Of a stretch of DNA of 64,000 nt, positions 9,189-19,210 are shown piece after piece. Each line of letters opens with the position of its first letter. Positions within the stretch are counted from its first letter, which is position 1. Origin of the DNA: Candidatus Krumholzibacteriia bacterium (GTDB taxonomy: Bacteria > Krumholzibacteriota > Krumholzibacteriia > JAJRXK01); contig JBGPIA010000020.1 of NCBI GenBank assembly GCA_041484665.1, positions 1 to 64,000 of the forward strand, given 5' to 3'. The notes beneath the pieces are model-generated. The model did not search any database and was not told where the DNA came from. It worked only from the letters and a program-made list of their open reading frames with translations. Both the position numbers and the translations under genes were made by a program.

Positions 9189-10676
9189 ATGAAGCGAATC
9201 CACTCAACCGCACGCGCCGCGTCTGCCGCGCTGGCGGTGTTGCTGCTGGCCCTGGCCTGGGGCGCGGCGTCCGCGCAGCCCTCCACGGTCAGCTTCCAGG
9301 GGCAGCTCAGCGTCAGCGGTACGCCCTTCACCGGCACCGCGAACTTCAAGTTCGCCATCCTCTGCGGCGCTTCGAGCCCCTGGTCCAACGATGGCACCAG
9401 CGCCAGCGGCAGCGAGCCGACCGCTGCGGTGGCTCTCCCCGTGCAGGCGGGAATCTTCAGCGTCCTGCTGGGAGATCCGGCGCTGTCCATGGTCGCCTTG
9501 ACGGCCGATCTCATCGAGAGCTGCAGCGCCCCCAAGCTGCGCATCTGGGTGGATACGGGCGGCGGTTTCGAGCAGCTGAGCGATCAGCCGCTAGCGAGCA
9601 GCCCCTTCGCCTTGCAGAGCGACGTCGCCGGACGATCCATCGGCAGTTTCCTGGTCCAGAACGGCTCAGTGCGGGTGTCCAACGGGTCGGGGACGACCAC
9701 CATCGCGCTCTTCGGCGCCAACGGCGAGGTCTCGCTCTCGTCCATCCGCTTTGCGGATAACTCGGTGCAGACGACGGCAGCCGGCGCCGGCGGACCCGAC
9801 AACGACTGGATCATCAACGGCGCCAATATGACCTCCGGCGTCGCCGGCAATGTGGGCATCGGGGTCGCCGTGCCTGCGGTCAAGCTGCACGTCGTGGGGG
9901 ACCTGCGGGTGGACGGCGCCAACGGGGTCGGCATCGATGCGCGCAACCCCAACGCCACGTCGGCGATCGCGCGGTTTGGCTGGCTCAACGATGTGGCGCG
10001 CATCCGCGTCGGCGGCAACGGGGTTGGAGCGCTCAATGGGTTCGACTTCGAGGGGATCAACGATGTCAGCTGGTTGCGCATTCTCAACAACGGCAACGTC
10101 GGCATCGGTATGGTGACGCCCTCGCAGCGCTTGGAGGTGGCCGGCAACGCGGTCATCCAGGGCGACCTGACCATCCAGGGTGGCATCACCGTGACGGGCG
10201 GAAGCCCCACGACGCGGTTCCTTGCCATCCCCCCCGATGCCTTCCAGGCGGGGGACAATACGATGGCGTTCCACCGCAGCAGCGTTCTCCTCAACGGGAC
10301 CACTGCGGGAGGGGGCATGACCTTCGAGGCCCCGGTCTATCTGCCGCACGGCTCGACGATTACGGAGTTCACCATCTTCGTCACCGACTCCGATGGCACC
10401 GGCGCCAGCGGGAGCAACATCCAGACATTCCTGCTCCGGGAGCCGCTGGGCGTGGGGGCTGGTGCGATCATCGGCAACCTCAACAGCGCCGCGGGCGCCG
10501 GCGCGCCGGGGTTCGTGACGGTCACGCAGACGGGCCTGTCGCACGTCGTCGACAACCAGAACAACTCCTACGTGGTGACCGCCAACTGGAAGACCCCCGT
10601 CGCGCCGCTCGCGGTCACGGCTCTGCAGGTGAACGGGATGCGGATCACGTACACGGTGACCCCCTCGACGCCGTAG
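9189..10676 (+). CDS. Secreted fibre/adhesin-like protein with GNVGIG repeats
   Basis: Signal peptide; SFQGQL..FKFAI..GIFSVLLG..QPLASSPFAL N-terminal domain; two GNVGIG..P..(K/R)L(H/E)V.G repeats; beta-rich C-terminal domain. Confidence 0.7.
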   Translation: MKRIHSTARAASAALAVLLLALAWGAASAQPSTVSFQGQLSVSGTPFTGTANFKFAILCGASSPWSNDGTSASGSEPTAAVALPVQAGIFSVLLGDPALSMVALTADLIESCSAPKLRIWVDTGGGFEQLSDQPLASSPFALQSDVAGRSIGSFLVQNGSVRVSNGSGTTTIALFGANGEVSLSSIRFADNSVQTTAAGAGGPDNDWIINGANMTSGVAGNVGIGVAVPAVKLHVVGDLRVDGANGVGIDARNPNATSAIARFGWLNDVARIRVGGNGVGALNGFDFEGINDVSWLRILNNGNVGIGMVTPSQRLEVAGNAVIQGDLTIQGGITVTGGSPTTRFLAIPPDAFQAGDNTMAFHRSSVLLNGTTAGGGMTFEAPVYLPHGSTITEFTIFVTDSDGTGASGSNIQTFLLREPLGVGAGAIIGNLNSAAGAGAPGFVTVTQTGLSHVVDNQNNSYVVTANWKTPVAPLAVTALQVNGMRITYTVTPSTP

Positions 10677-10801
10677 GACCCACAGACGAGGCGAGGGGTT
10701 CGCGCATGCGCGCTGGGCGCTCGTGACCATCGCCGAGCCAGGTGGCCCGGCCAGCCCCCAGCCCGCCCCCCGCTCCCCGCCCCCTTGGCGGAGAGCCGAA
10801 G

Positions 10802-10830
10802 AGGGCCCTGCTTACGAGGCAGGGCCCTTT
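10802..10830 (+). terminator. Putative terminator hairpin
   Basis: AGGGCCCTGC-ttacgag-GCAGGGCCCT followed by a short T run, downstream of 10676. Confidence 0.45.
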
Positions 10831-10941
10831 CGCATCCCACCACGGGCCTCGCCCAATCCACCGGCCTCGGTCGCCGCCTCCAAGTCGGCGCTCGCCTCGG
10901 CGCGCCCAATCCCGTAGGATCCGGCGTGGGAGGGACCCCGC

Positions 10942-11988
10942 GTGCTCACGGCCGAGTACCCGACCCGAGCCGGGCAGCTCCGGTTCGTGTCCTTCGAAAG
11001 TAAGCTATTGAGTGGCAATCGCTTCGGCGATCCGACGCTCAGGCATCACCCTGTCTACCTGCCTGCTGGATATGCCCGCTCGCCCCAGAGCTGCTACCCC
11101 GTCGTCTATGCCCTGGCCGGCTACGGCAACAGCGGGCTCGGGCTGTTCGCGCCGGGGACCTTCACCGAGCCGCTCCACGACCGCCTCGACCGTCTGATCG
11201 CCGACGGCATGCCCGAGGTCATCGTGGTCGGCCTGGAGTGCATGACCTCCCTGGGTGGCAGTCAGTATGTCAACGGCGCCGGTGGCCCGTACGAGGACTA
11301 CGTCGTAGAGGAGGTCCTGCCCGCCGTCGAGGCGGAGCTGCGCACGACCGCAGCCGAGGCGGGCCGCGGGCTGCTGGGCAAGAGCAGTGGCGGGTTCGGC
11401 GTGCTGGTGCTGGCGATGCGCCATCCCGAGCTGTTCAGCGCCGTCGCCTGCCACAGCGGCGACATGGGCTTCGAGCAGACCTTCATCCCCGAGATTCCCG
11501 GGGTGATCGCCGAGCTCGACCGCTTTCCGGGCGATGAGGACGCGAAAGTCGCCGCATTCCTCGACCTGTTCCGGCTCTCGCCCAGACGGACGCCCGCCCA
11601 GGGGCATGCCCTGATGATGTTGGCGTGCTCGGCGGCGTACTCGCCCGACCCGCAGCGGCGCGTGGGGTTCGTGCTGCCGTTCGACCCGGCGACCGGCGAG
11701 CTGCGCGCGGAGGTCTGGGAGCGGTGGCTCGCAATGGACCCCCTGCGCCTGGCTTCGCAGCCGGCGCACGCCCAGGCGTTGCGCGAGCTCCGGTTGCTCT
11801 TCGTCGATTGCGGCAGCCGCGATCCGTACGGGCTGCACCTGGGCGCGCGCCGGCTGCGCCACCTGCTGAACCAGCTGGGCGTGCGACACGACTACGAAGA
11901 ATTCGACGACGGTCACTCCGGCGTGCACTACCGCTACGACGTCTCGTTGCCGAAGCTGGCGGCGGCGCTCGTCGCGGCCGGGCCCTGA
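10942..11988 (+). CDS. Alpha/beta hydrolase-fold esterase (Fes/enterochelin esterase-like)
   Basis: VYLPAGY..YPVVY, nucleophile elbow GKSSGG, DCG..D, EEFDDGH. Confidence 0.85.
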   Translation: MLTAEYPTRAGQLRFVSFESKLLSGNRFGDPTLRHHPVYLPAGYARSPQSCYPVVYALAGYGNSGLGLFAPGTFTEPLHDRLDRLIADGMPEVIVVGLECMTSLGGSQYVNGAGGPYEDYVVEEVLPAVEAELRTTAAEAGRGLLGKSSGGFGVLVLAMRHPELFSAVACHSGDMGFEQTFIPEIPGVIAELDRFPGDEDAKVAAFLDLFRLSPRRTPAQGHALMMLACSAAYSPDPQRRVGFVLPFDPATGELRAEVWERWLAMDPLRLASQPAHAQALRELRLLFVDCGSRDPYGLHLGARRLRHLLNQLGVRHDYEEFDDGHSGVHYRYDVSLPKLAAALVAAGP

Positions 11989-12014
11989 GGCGTAGCGGCT
12001 GGTTGATGGAGGCG

Positions 12015-12752
12015 ATGATGCAGTTCCCAGGATTCCGCCCCGAGGCCTTCCAGTTCTTCAAGGATCTGGCCCAAAACAACAACCACGCCTGGTTCGCCGA
12101 GCACAAGGCGGACTACGACCAGCTGGTTGTGGAGCCGATGCGCGGGCTGATGGAAGAGATGCGTCCGTTCGTGGCCGAGTTCGCGCCGCTCCTGCGCCCG
12201 CACCGGAGTGTCGACGAGCATTTCAGCAAGATCGAGTGGGGCGCGCAACAGCCGCCCGACACGCCGCCCTACAAGACCAGCTTCTACTGCTTCTTCTGGA
12301 ACACGCGCATGCAGCGCCTGCACGACGCCTGGCTCTACGCGGGGCTCAGCTCCGACGGCGTGACGCTGGGATTCTCGATCTACGATTCCGGCCGGCTGGG
12401 GCGGGGCCGACTGCAGGAGGTCTTCCTGCCGCGCATCGCCACCGACCTGGAGCTGTTGGACAGCTACATCAAGGCGAGCTACCTGCGGCGCGGCTTCGAG
12501 TTCCATCGCTACGAGCGGGCTCCCGGGCGGCTGGGGCTGCGGGAGGTCGATTCGTTCCCGAGCAAGCCCGCTGCGTGGGGGGAGACGCTGGGCTGGGTGG
12601 TGAGCCGGCAGATCGGGCCGGCGAGCGGGCGGCTGGGGGCCGCGACGTTTCTGTCGGAGTGCCACGAGACGTTTCGGCGGCTCTACCCGCTGTACGGCTT
12701 CGCAAGCGACGTCGAGAGCGGGTGGAAGGCCAAGCTCGCTGCCGCGCAGTGA
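12015..12752 (+). CDS. DUF2461-like protein
   Basis: FPGF..FFKDLAQNNNHAWFAEHKADY and PYKT motifs; GGAGG RBS (start may be 12018). Confidence 0.7.
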   Translation: MMQFPGFRPEAFQFFKDLAQNNNHAWFAEHKADYDQLVVEPMRGLMEEMRPFVAEFAPLLRPHRSVDEHFSKIEWGAQQPPDTPPYKTSFYCFFWNTRMQRLHDAWLYAGLSSDGVTLGFSIYDSGRLGRGRLQEVFLPRIATDLELLDSYIKASYLRRGFEFHRYERAPGRLGLREVDSFPSKPAAWGETLGWVVSRQIGPASGRLGAATFLSECHETFRRLYPLYGFASDVESGWKAKLAAAQ

Positions 12753-12824
12753 CCGATGCTCGTCCCCACCCGCCGTCACGCCTGGATCGCGACGGCTCGC
12801 TGACGCAAGCCGTTGCCCGGACCC

Positions 12825-14051
12825 ATGGACACCACTGTTCTGCTCGTCTTCGCCTTCGTCTACCTGGGCATGATGCTCGGGGAGATCCCCGGTCTCGCCC
12901 TCGACCGTACCGGGGTAGCGCTGCTGGGGGCCATCGCGCTGATGGCGTTCGGCCGCGTTACGACCGAGCAGGCCTGGCGCGCCGTGGACGTGCCCACCCT
13001 CGGTCTGCTGTTCGGATTGATGGTGGTGTCGGCCCAGCTGCGGCTGGGTGGCTTCTACACCGCCATCACCGCCCGCATCGCCGAGGCGCCGGTCTCGCCC
13101 GCGGCGTTGCTGGGGATCCTGATCGTGACGGCGGGCGCGCTGTCGGCGATCCTGGCCAACGACATCGTCTGCCTGGCCATGGCCCCCGTGCTCGCCCGGG
13201 GCTGCGCGCGCCGCGGGCTCGATCCCGTTCCTTATCTACTGGCACTCGCCGCGGCCGCGAACGTCGGCTCGGCCGCGACGCTCATCGGCAATCCCCAGAA
13301 CATGCTCATCGGGCAGACGCTGCGCTTGTCGTTTTCGGGCTACCTGCTCGACGCGGCCGTTCCATCCGTGCTGGGGTTGGTCGTGGTGTGGGGCGTGATC
13401 TGGCTGCGGGCGCGCGGACGGTGGCACCGGGAAGCGCAGAGGCTGCCAGGCGATGCCGGCGATACGGGCACCCCGCGCGACCTCGACCGCTGGCAGACGG
13501 CCAAGGGGCTGTTGGTGACGGCGGGCCTGATGGTGGTGTTCCTGGCCGCCCCCTGGCCGCGCGAGGCGGTGGCGCTCACTGCCGCTGGAATCCTGCTGCT
13601 GAGCCGGCGCATGGCGTCCCGCGCCATGATCGGACTGGTGGATTGGCCATTGCTGGTGTTGTTCACGGGACTGTTCATCATCAACCACGCGTTGGCGGCC
13701 TCAGGCATGCTGGACTCCGCGCTGCGGGGGATCGCGCGCTCCGGCTTCAACCCGTCATCGCCGGGACATCTGTTCTGGCTCACCGTCGTGCTGTCCAATC
13801 TCGTGTCCAACGTCCCGGCCGTGATGCTGCTGTTGCCGGCTGCCACCCATCCGCAGGCGGGACCGATCCTGGCCCTGGCGAGCACGCTCGCCGGCAACCT
13901 GATCATCGTGGGTAGCATCGCGAACATCATCGTGGTGGATCAGGCGGCGCTGCTGGGGATCCGCATCGGCTGGCGCGAGCACGCGCGGGTCGGCGTGCCC
14001 ATCACCTTGGGGACCCTCGCGCTGGCAGCCGGGTGGCTGGCGGTGCGCTGA
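12825..14051 (+). CDS. ArsB/NhaD-family anion transporter (YbiR-like)
   Basis: LDRTGVALLGA, NVGSAATLIGNPQN, LSNLVSNVPAV, STLAGNL..GSIANIIV; many TM segments. Confidence 0.9.
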   Translation: MDTTVLLVFAFVYLGMMLGEIPGLALDRTGVALLGAIALMAFGRVTTEQAWRAVDVPTLGLLFGLMVVSAQLRLGGFYTAITARIAEAPVSPAALLGILIVTAGALSAILANDIVCLAMAPVLARGCARRGLDPVPYLLALAAAANVGSAATLIGNPQNMLIGQTLRLSFSGYLLDAAVPSVLGLVVVWGVIWLRARGRWHREAQRLPGDAGDTGTPRDLDRWQTAKGLLVTAGLMVVFLAAPWPREAVALTAAGILLLSRRMASRAMIGLVDWPLLVLFTGLFIINHALAASGMLDSALRGIARSGFNPSSPGHLFWLTVVLSNLVSNVPAVMLLLPAATHPQAGPILALASTLAGNLIIVGSIANIIVVDQAALLGIRIGWREHARVGVPITLGTLALAAGWLAVR

Positions 14052-14214
14052 GGCCGGTCGCAGGACGGGCCCCCGCAGGCAGGACGGGCCCCCGCAGGAC
14101 CGTGCGCGGTGTGGACCGCAGGGTGGGCGCCGGCGACCCCACGCGCAGGCCGGCCGCCTTCCATGGCGGACCGGGGGGGACCCCCGTGGCCTACCCCATG
14201 CAGTACCTTGGAGC

Positions 14215-15507
14215 ATGGCGACCTCCCGTCAACGGCAGCTCCGCATCCTGCCCGGCGACTCCACGTCGTGCCCCGCGCGGCAGCGGCTGGTCTGGCCGCT
14301 GCGTGCAGCCTGCACCGCTCTGGCGATGCTGCTTGCAGGCCTAGGCGCCTGCTCGCAAACGCCGTCGGAGGCTGATCCGCCTCCGTACGTCCCGCACTCT
14401 GCGCCGCAGCTGCCCACGACCGCGATCCCCGAGCCCGCGCTGCCCATGCAGTGGTGGCACGACACCACGCTCAACCTCTCGCAGTACACGCCTGCGCGCA
14501 TGGACACCATCGCGCAGTGCGCGGTGGCTGCGTTCCAGCTGCGCCTGGTCCTGTCGCCGGAGGGTGCTCCGCGCATCGCCGAGCTGCGGGCGCGCAATCC
14601 CAAGATCGTGATCGTCGGGATCCAGGAAGTACTCTCCTGCCCGGAGGTCTGGAGCCAAGCCGGCCAACGCGAGCGCTTTCCGCTGAGCGGTGCGCTGTAC
14701 GACGTGCTGTCCCCGCACCGGGCGATGCGCACCGACGGGCAGCTGGCGACCATGTGGCTCAACGCTCCGATGGTGAACCCGTGGTCGTCTTCCGGCTACA
14801 ACCTCGACCTGCTGCGCCAGATGATGGACGTCATCAGCGATTACGCGAGCCTCTATCCAGGCACCCTGGATGCGGTGTTCCACGACTACACGTCGTCGCG
14901 GCCGTGGATCTATCCCACGCCCGCCGACCGCAGCATCGACGTCGACCTCGACGGCGACGGCGTGGGCGCGGCCCATGACCCCGACGACACCGCCGCCTGG
15001 GTCGGCTGGCAGCACAAGTTGGTGGAGGAGTGGCAGAACCGCTGTGGTGCAGGCCTCATCCAGATCGCCAACGGCTCGCTGCCGCACAGCGACGCCATCT
15101 TCGCCCACAAGGTCGCCGGCATCCACTACGAGGAGTTCCCCTCGACCGTGTGGTACTACAGCGATCTGGCGGGCATGGACCTGATGCTGGGCCACCTCGC
15201 GCCGGGTTACCTGACCCCGCGGCGCGGCCGCGTCTGGAGCGAGGTCATGAGCAAGTACCCGCAATACCAGGACCTCTGCCGGCTGACGAGCATGCTGGCC
15301 GGCGTGGGCTACTCATACTGGACCCCGGACAACCGTCCGATGGCCGACACCATCGCCGTCGACCCCGGCCTGCCGCTGGGCTCGATGCAGCGCATCCAGC
15401 AGCCGGACAACACCGTGCGTTTCCAGCGCCCCTTCGAGCGCGGTCAGGTGCTGGTGGACATGTGGAGCTGGGGGACCATGCGCTCGGCGGAGTTCGTGGG
15501 GAACTGA
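14215..15507 (+). CDS. Putative lipoprotein glycoside-hydrolase-like protein (GHL15-like); start uncertain
   Basis: Lipobox-like LAGLGAC; D.DLDGDG motif; IANG; G..YEEFP; C-terminal FQRPFERGQVLV. Confidence 0.55.
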   Translation: MATSRQRQLRILPGDSTSCPARQRLVWPLRAACTALAMLLAGLGACSQTPSEADPPPYVPHSAPQLPTTAIPEPALPMQWWHDTTLNLSQYTPARMDTIAQCAVAAFQLRLVLSPEGAPRIAELRARNPKIVIVGIQEVLSCPEVWSQAGQRERFPLSGALYDVLSPHRAMRTDGQLATMWLNAPMVNPWSSSGYNLDLLRQMMDVISDYASLYPGTLDAVFHDYTSSRPWIYPTPADRSIDVDLDGDGVGAAHDPDDTAAWVGWQHKLVEEWQNRCGAGLIQIANGSLPHSDAIFAHKVAGIHYEEFPSTVWYYSDLAGMDLMLGHLAPGYLTPRRGRVWSEVMSKYPQYQDLCRLTSMLAGVGYSYWTPDNRPMADTIAVDPGLPLGSMQRIQQPDNTVRFQRPFERGQVLVDMWSWGTMRSAEFVGN

Positions 15508-15552
15508 ACCTCGGGTCCTCGAGCGGCTCGACCGGTCTCGCGACCGCGCCTC

Positions 15553-16566
15553 CTACCCCACTGCGTCGGGCTCGACGGGTCCCAGCGCCGACTCCAGCCA
15601 GACATCGCGCAGCAGGCCGGCAATCAGCGCATCGAGCTCTGCGGCGTCCAGCTCGGGCGCGCGCGTGGGCGCCTCGTTCAGGAAGCGGCGCACACCCTTG
15701 ACCAGCACGCTGGCCAGCTCGGGCGGATACCAATACACGGACCCGCTGAGCTCCCAGCGGTCGCCGATGGGGATCGGACGCACCGCGAGGAGATCGCCCT
15801 TTGTGAAAACGCCCGGGGCCGCGCGGCTCACGACGCGTACGATGGGTTGCGTGAGATCGGCCTGGGGCTTGAGCGCCATCTCCGCGCCCGGCTGCACGTC
15901 GATGACCTCGTACAAACGCAATGCGTGCTCGGTGAGGCTGCGCAGGTAGCTGCGCTCGCCAACGGTGAGCGACGGGCCGCCCGGCTGCAGGACGAGGTCC
16001 ATGGCCAGCGTGCCTTCCTCGTCATCGTCGTTGCGGGCCGGCTTCGCACGGTCGCTGCGCCCATCGCGTTCCGCTCGTTGCGCGCGTTCTCCGCGTTCTC
16101 CGCGTTCTCCGCGTTCGCTTCTCGCTCCACGCGCACCGTGGTCCGCGTGGTCGGCACGATCCGCCTTCTTCTTGCGCTCCCCACCGTCGCCGGGGCGGGC
16201 CTTGCCGCTGGCTTTCTCCTCGACCCGCTGGAATGTCCCCTCGGCGAGCAGCCACTCCAGCGCGTTGAGCTGCAAGAGCTCCTGCACTTCCTCGGGCAGG
16301 CCCTCGAGGAGCTCCGTCCAGTGCTTGCTCTCGGCGCTGTGCTCGCCGAAGAAGCCCTCGGCGATCGCCGCGTCAGCCAAGGACTCGTGGTTGTCGAGGA
16401 GCCAGTCGAGGGCGATCTGCACCGCCGTGCGACGCGTGGCCTCGCTCTCGGCCAGCCGCTCGTCGCGAGCGAGACAGCAGTCCTTGTACTTGCGACCGCT
16501 GCCGCAGAAGCAGGGATCGTTGGGGCGACGCTTGGCCACGGGAGAACCCCTTCTGTGGTCGGGCAA
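15553..16566 (-). CDS. SEC-C metal-binding motif protein (start may be GTG 16539)
   Basis: RPNDPCFCGSGRKYKDCC at the N-terminus; charged low-complexity insert. Confidence 0.8.
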   Translation of the reverse strand: MPDHRRGSPVAKRRPNDPCFCGSGRKYKDCCLARDERLAESEATRRTAVQIALDWLLDNHESLADAAIAEGFFGEHSAESKHWTELLEGLPEEVQELLQLNALEWLLAEGTFQRVEEKASGKARPGDGGERKKKADRADHADHGARGARSERGERGERGERAQRAERDGRSDRAKPARNDDDEEGTLAMDLVLQPGGPSLTVGERSYLRSLTEHALRLYEVIDVQPGAEMALKPQADLTQPIVRVVSRAAPGVFTKGDLLAVRPIPIGDRWELSGSVYWYPPELASVLVKGVRRFLNEAPTRAPELDAAELDALIAGLLRDVWLESALGPVEPDAVG

Positions 16567-16720
16567 AGGCGGGACGAGGGGCCCGCCGACCCATCAAGAG
16601 CGTACCCCGAAAACGACTCGAGCGCAGCCTCCCGGCGGGGGCCGCGGCACTGGCGGCGGGGCGGGCCAGTCTGCCGACGCCGGCCGCGGGCCGACCTGGC
16701 GTTCCAGACGTCGCGCCCGC

Positions 16721-17443
16721 CTACGGCCGCCCTGCGGCGCGGCGGACCGAGGCCGCCGTGCGCATCGCGAGCACGTAGAGCAGCGTGAGCGCGGCGGCCA
16801 CGACCGCGCCCAGCGCGAATCCCGCGACCACGCGGCCGGCCAGCTCGCCGTACGCCAGCCCCAGCAGCGATCCATACAGCGTCGCCATCGCCACCTGTCG
16901 CGCGGCGCTCCATCCCGGCGCGGGCAGCAGCCACCGCTTGAGTCGCTCGCCCGTGCGCCCCAGGCGCCGCGAGCGCTGCCCCATGTCCACGAGCATCCGC
17001 CCGCCGACCTCCTGCCGCCAGTTCTCATGGAAGCCGCACGCGCGGTAGCAGGCCAGGGCCACCGGGTTGTCCTCGAAGGCGGCGATGCGCACGGAGCGCG
17101 CCCGCAGCAGCGCAAACCCATGGCGCGTGAGGCTGGCCACCATGCGCTTGCCGATGCCTTGCGCGCGCACGTCGGTGCGCACGATCAAGTGACCGATCCA
17201 GTATGCGCGGCTCGCTTGCGGCTCGGGATTCAGCTCTCCATACGCGAGGATCTCGCCGCGGTCCTCCAAGACGTAGCCCGAGCGGCCCTCGCGGCCCAGC
17301 CAGCGCAGCACGTCCTGGGTCTGCAGTGGGTAGACGTCGCTGGGCGCGGCCTGGCGCACGTCCTCGGCGCTGGAGGCGAGGACTGCGACCGCCGAGGCGT
17401 CGGCAAAGGTCGCAGGGCGGATGATCCAGTCGTCAGGAGGCAT
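16721..17443 (-). CDS. GNAT N-acetyltransferase with C-terminal two-TM anchor
   Basis: IGHLIV..RAQGIGKRM, N..ALACYRACGF; two hydrophobic helices at the C-terminus. Confidence 0.8.
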   Translation of the reverse strand: MPPDDWIIRPATFADASAVAVLASSAEDVRQAAPSDVYPLQTQDVLRWLGREGRSGYVLEDRGEILAYGELNPEPQASRAYWIGHLIVRTDVRAQGIGKRMVASLTRHGFALLRARSVRIAAFEDNPVALACYRACGFHENWRQEVGGRMLVDMGQRSRRLGRTGERLKRWLLPAPGWSAARQVAMATLYGSLLGLAYGELAGRVVAGFALGAVVAAALTLLYVLAMRTAASVRRAAGRP

Positions 17444-17570
17444 GGCACCGGCCAAAGTGGCGGGCCCGGGACCCGCGCGCCGCAGGCCCTCAGGAACGGT
17501 GGGCCGGGTCGAGGACCGACCCTGGCATCGAGAGCACACCCCTGCATTGTGGGCCTTTGCCGGACCGGCA

Positions 17571-18686
17571 TCAATACGAGAACCCCAACCCGATGCCGAT
17601 GCGGCGCGTGAGCTCGAAGCGCGGGGGCTGGCGGCCCACCTCGGCGCTCGCAGCGAGGGACAGCCCGCTGCCCAGCGGCACGGCGAGTGCTGCCTTCACG
17701 TATCCTTCGCTGCTTGGATCATCGAACAGCAGCCAGCCGGTTGCCTCGAGATCGAAGCTGGCCTCGTCACGATCGGAGGCGGTCGTGGAAGAGGCGACGG
17801 CGGCGGACGCGGCACCGGTGGGGGTGCGGGTGGGAGCGCTGGTGGCGGCACCGGTGCGGACACCGGCGGGGGCGCCGGCGGGGGCGCCGGCGGGCGCGCT
17901 GCCAGAGGTACCGGCAGCAGCGGCGTTGCTGCGCCCGGGAACGAAGTGCAGCTCGAGGCGGGCCAGGCCCCGCCAGAAGCCGGAGGCCTCGCGGTCGGCG
18001 TCCGGATCATCGGTGGAAAACACGTTCCCGTAGTTGACGCCGATCCATGGGCGCCACCGCAGCCGGAACGATGGCCGCATCCAAACACCCAACCCCGGCA
18101 AGCCACCCACCGGCGTGACCTCGGTGCCGATCACGCCCTTCTGTACGTCGAAGCCGCCGTCGGCCTCGTACTCGCCGCTGGTGGCAACGATGACCGGATC
18201 GTAGTGCTTCCACGCGCGCAGGATGCTGCCGTACACGCGCTGTGACTGCCGGCGTGCGGAGCCCGCGCTCGCGCGCACGCCGAAGTCGAATCCGCCGTTC
18301 CACTGCCAGGGCCCCTCGATGAGCATGCCGACATCGAGCTGCGTGAGCGCGGGGCGGCCAAGGTCGGCGCTTACGACGAACGTGGCGGGCTGGCGCAGCG
18401 CGCTTACCGAGGAGTAGGAGTGGCCGAAGTGGAGCTGCCACGGGGCTGGGGGAGCGGGGGGTTGCGGGGAGGCGGCGGATACGGGGGCGGAGGTCGGTGC
18501 GGGGGAGGCAGATGCAAGGGAGGCAGGCGCGGGGGAGGTGGAGACCAGCGCAGCGGGGGAGGTGGAGGCGCGGGCGGCGGGGGCGGCCCCTGCGGCGGGG
18601 GCGGCCCGTGCGGCGGCCGCCGCCGTCGCGAGTGCACCAGCGGCCACCCACAGTGGCAGCAGGAGCATCGCCCGAACGCGCGTCAC
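17571..18686 (-). CDS. Probable outer-membrane beta-barrel protein
   Basis: GTG overlaps the upstream stop (GTGA) and follows GGAGG; signal peptide; Pro/Ala/Ser linker; amphipathic strands; ends RIGIGLGFSY with a terminal aromatic. Confidence 0.6.
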   Translation of the reverse strand: MTRVRAMLLLPLWVAAGALATAAAAARAAPAAGAAPAARASTSPAALVSTSPAPASLASASPAPTSAPVSAASPQPPAPPAPWQLHFGHSYSSVSALRQPATFVVSADLGRPALTQLDVGMLIEGPWQWNGGFDFGVRASAGSARRQSQRVYGSILRAWKHYDPVIVATSGEYEADGGFDVQKGVIGTEVTPVGGLPGLGVWMRPSFRLRWRPWIGVNYGNVFSTDDPDADREASGFWRGLARLELHFVPGRSNAAAAGTSGSAPAGAPAGAPAGVRTGAATSAPTRTPTGAASAAVASSTTASDRDEASFDLEATGWLLFDDPSSEGYVKAALAVPLGSGLSLAASAEVGRQPPRFELTRRIGIGLGFSY

Positions 18687-19084
18687 GACACGTCCTCCAT
18701 CCTGGACCAAACGTAGTCGATCAGGTCACCCACCTTCTTAATGTCCTTCACGACGGCGTCGGCGAGCGTCTCGTGCAGGCGAGCACGGACCGGCTTGACG
18801 ACCCGGAGCTTGTACCAGTCGTCCCAGCCCAGATCATTCCCGAAGCGGGTCGAGCGCGAGATCGAAGCAGGATCCGCACCCGGCGTGAGCTTGGCCACGA
18901 TGGCAATGATCTCGGTCTCGACTTGCTGCAGGGTCCAGATCACGCCGCTGTCGTCGCGACGGGGCGCGGGCGGAGCCGCCGAAGGCGATGTTGCTTCCGC
19001 GCTCGCAGCGGTAGCGGCTCGGGCAGTCCTTGCGTTGCGGCGGGCCGGCGAGCGGCGGCGCACTTTGCGTCGGTCTTGGGTCAT
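18683..19084 (-). CDS. Acyl-carrier-protein-like protein lacking the phosphopantetheine serine
   Basis: ISRSTRFGNDLGWDDW and IKKVGDLIDYV match the ACP pattern, but DSL is replaced by DDW; Arg-rich N-terminal extension. Confidence 0.6.
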   Translation of the reverse strand: MTQDRRKVRRRSPARRNARTARAATAASAEATSPSAAPPAPRRDDSGVIWTLQQVETEIIAIVAKLTPGADPASISRSTRFGNDLGWDDWYKLRVVKPVRARLHETLADAVVKDIKKVGDLIDYVWSRMEDVS

Positions 19085-19210
19085 CGATGCACTCTCCCAC
19101 GGCGGTGGATGGGGACCATCACGGAAGCAGAGAAGGCCGCCATTGCGTGACGGGCTGAGACGACGACAGAACAACCGGCCGGAACCTGGCCAGCGATTCC
19201 ATCGCTGGAA

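Noticed and set aside
14060..14098. 19-bp tandem duplication GCAGGACGGGCCCCCGCAG
   Set aside because: Only two copies and not seen elsewhere; likely a local duplication.
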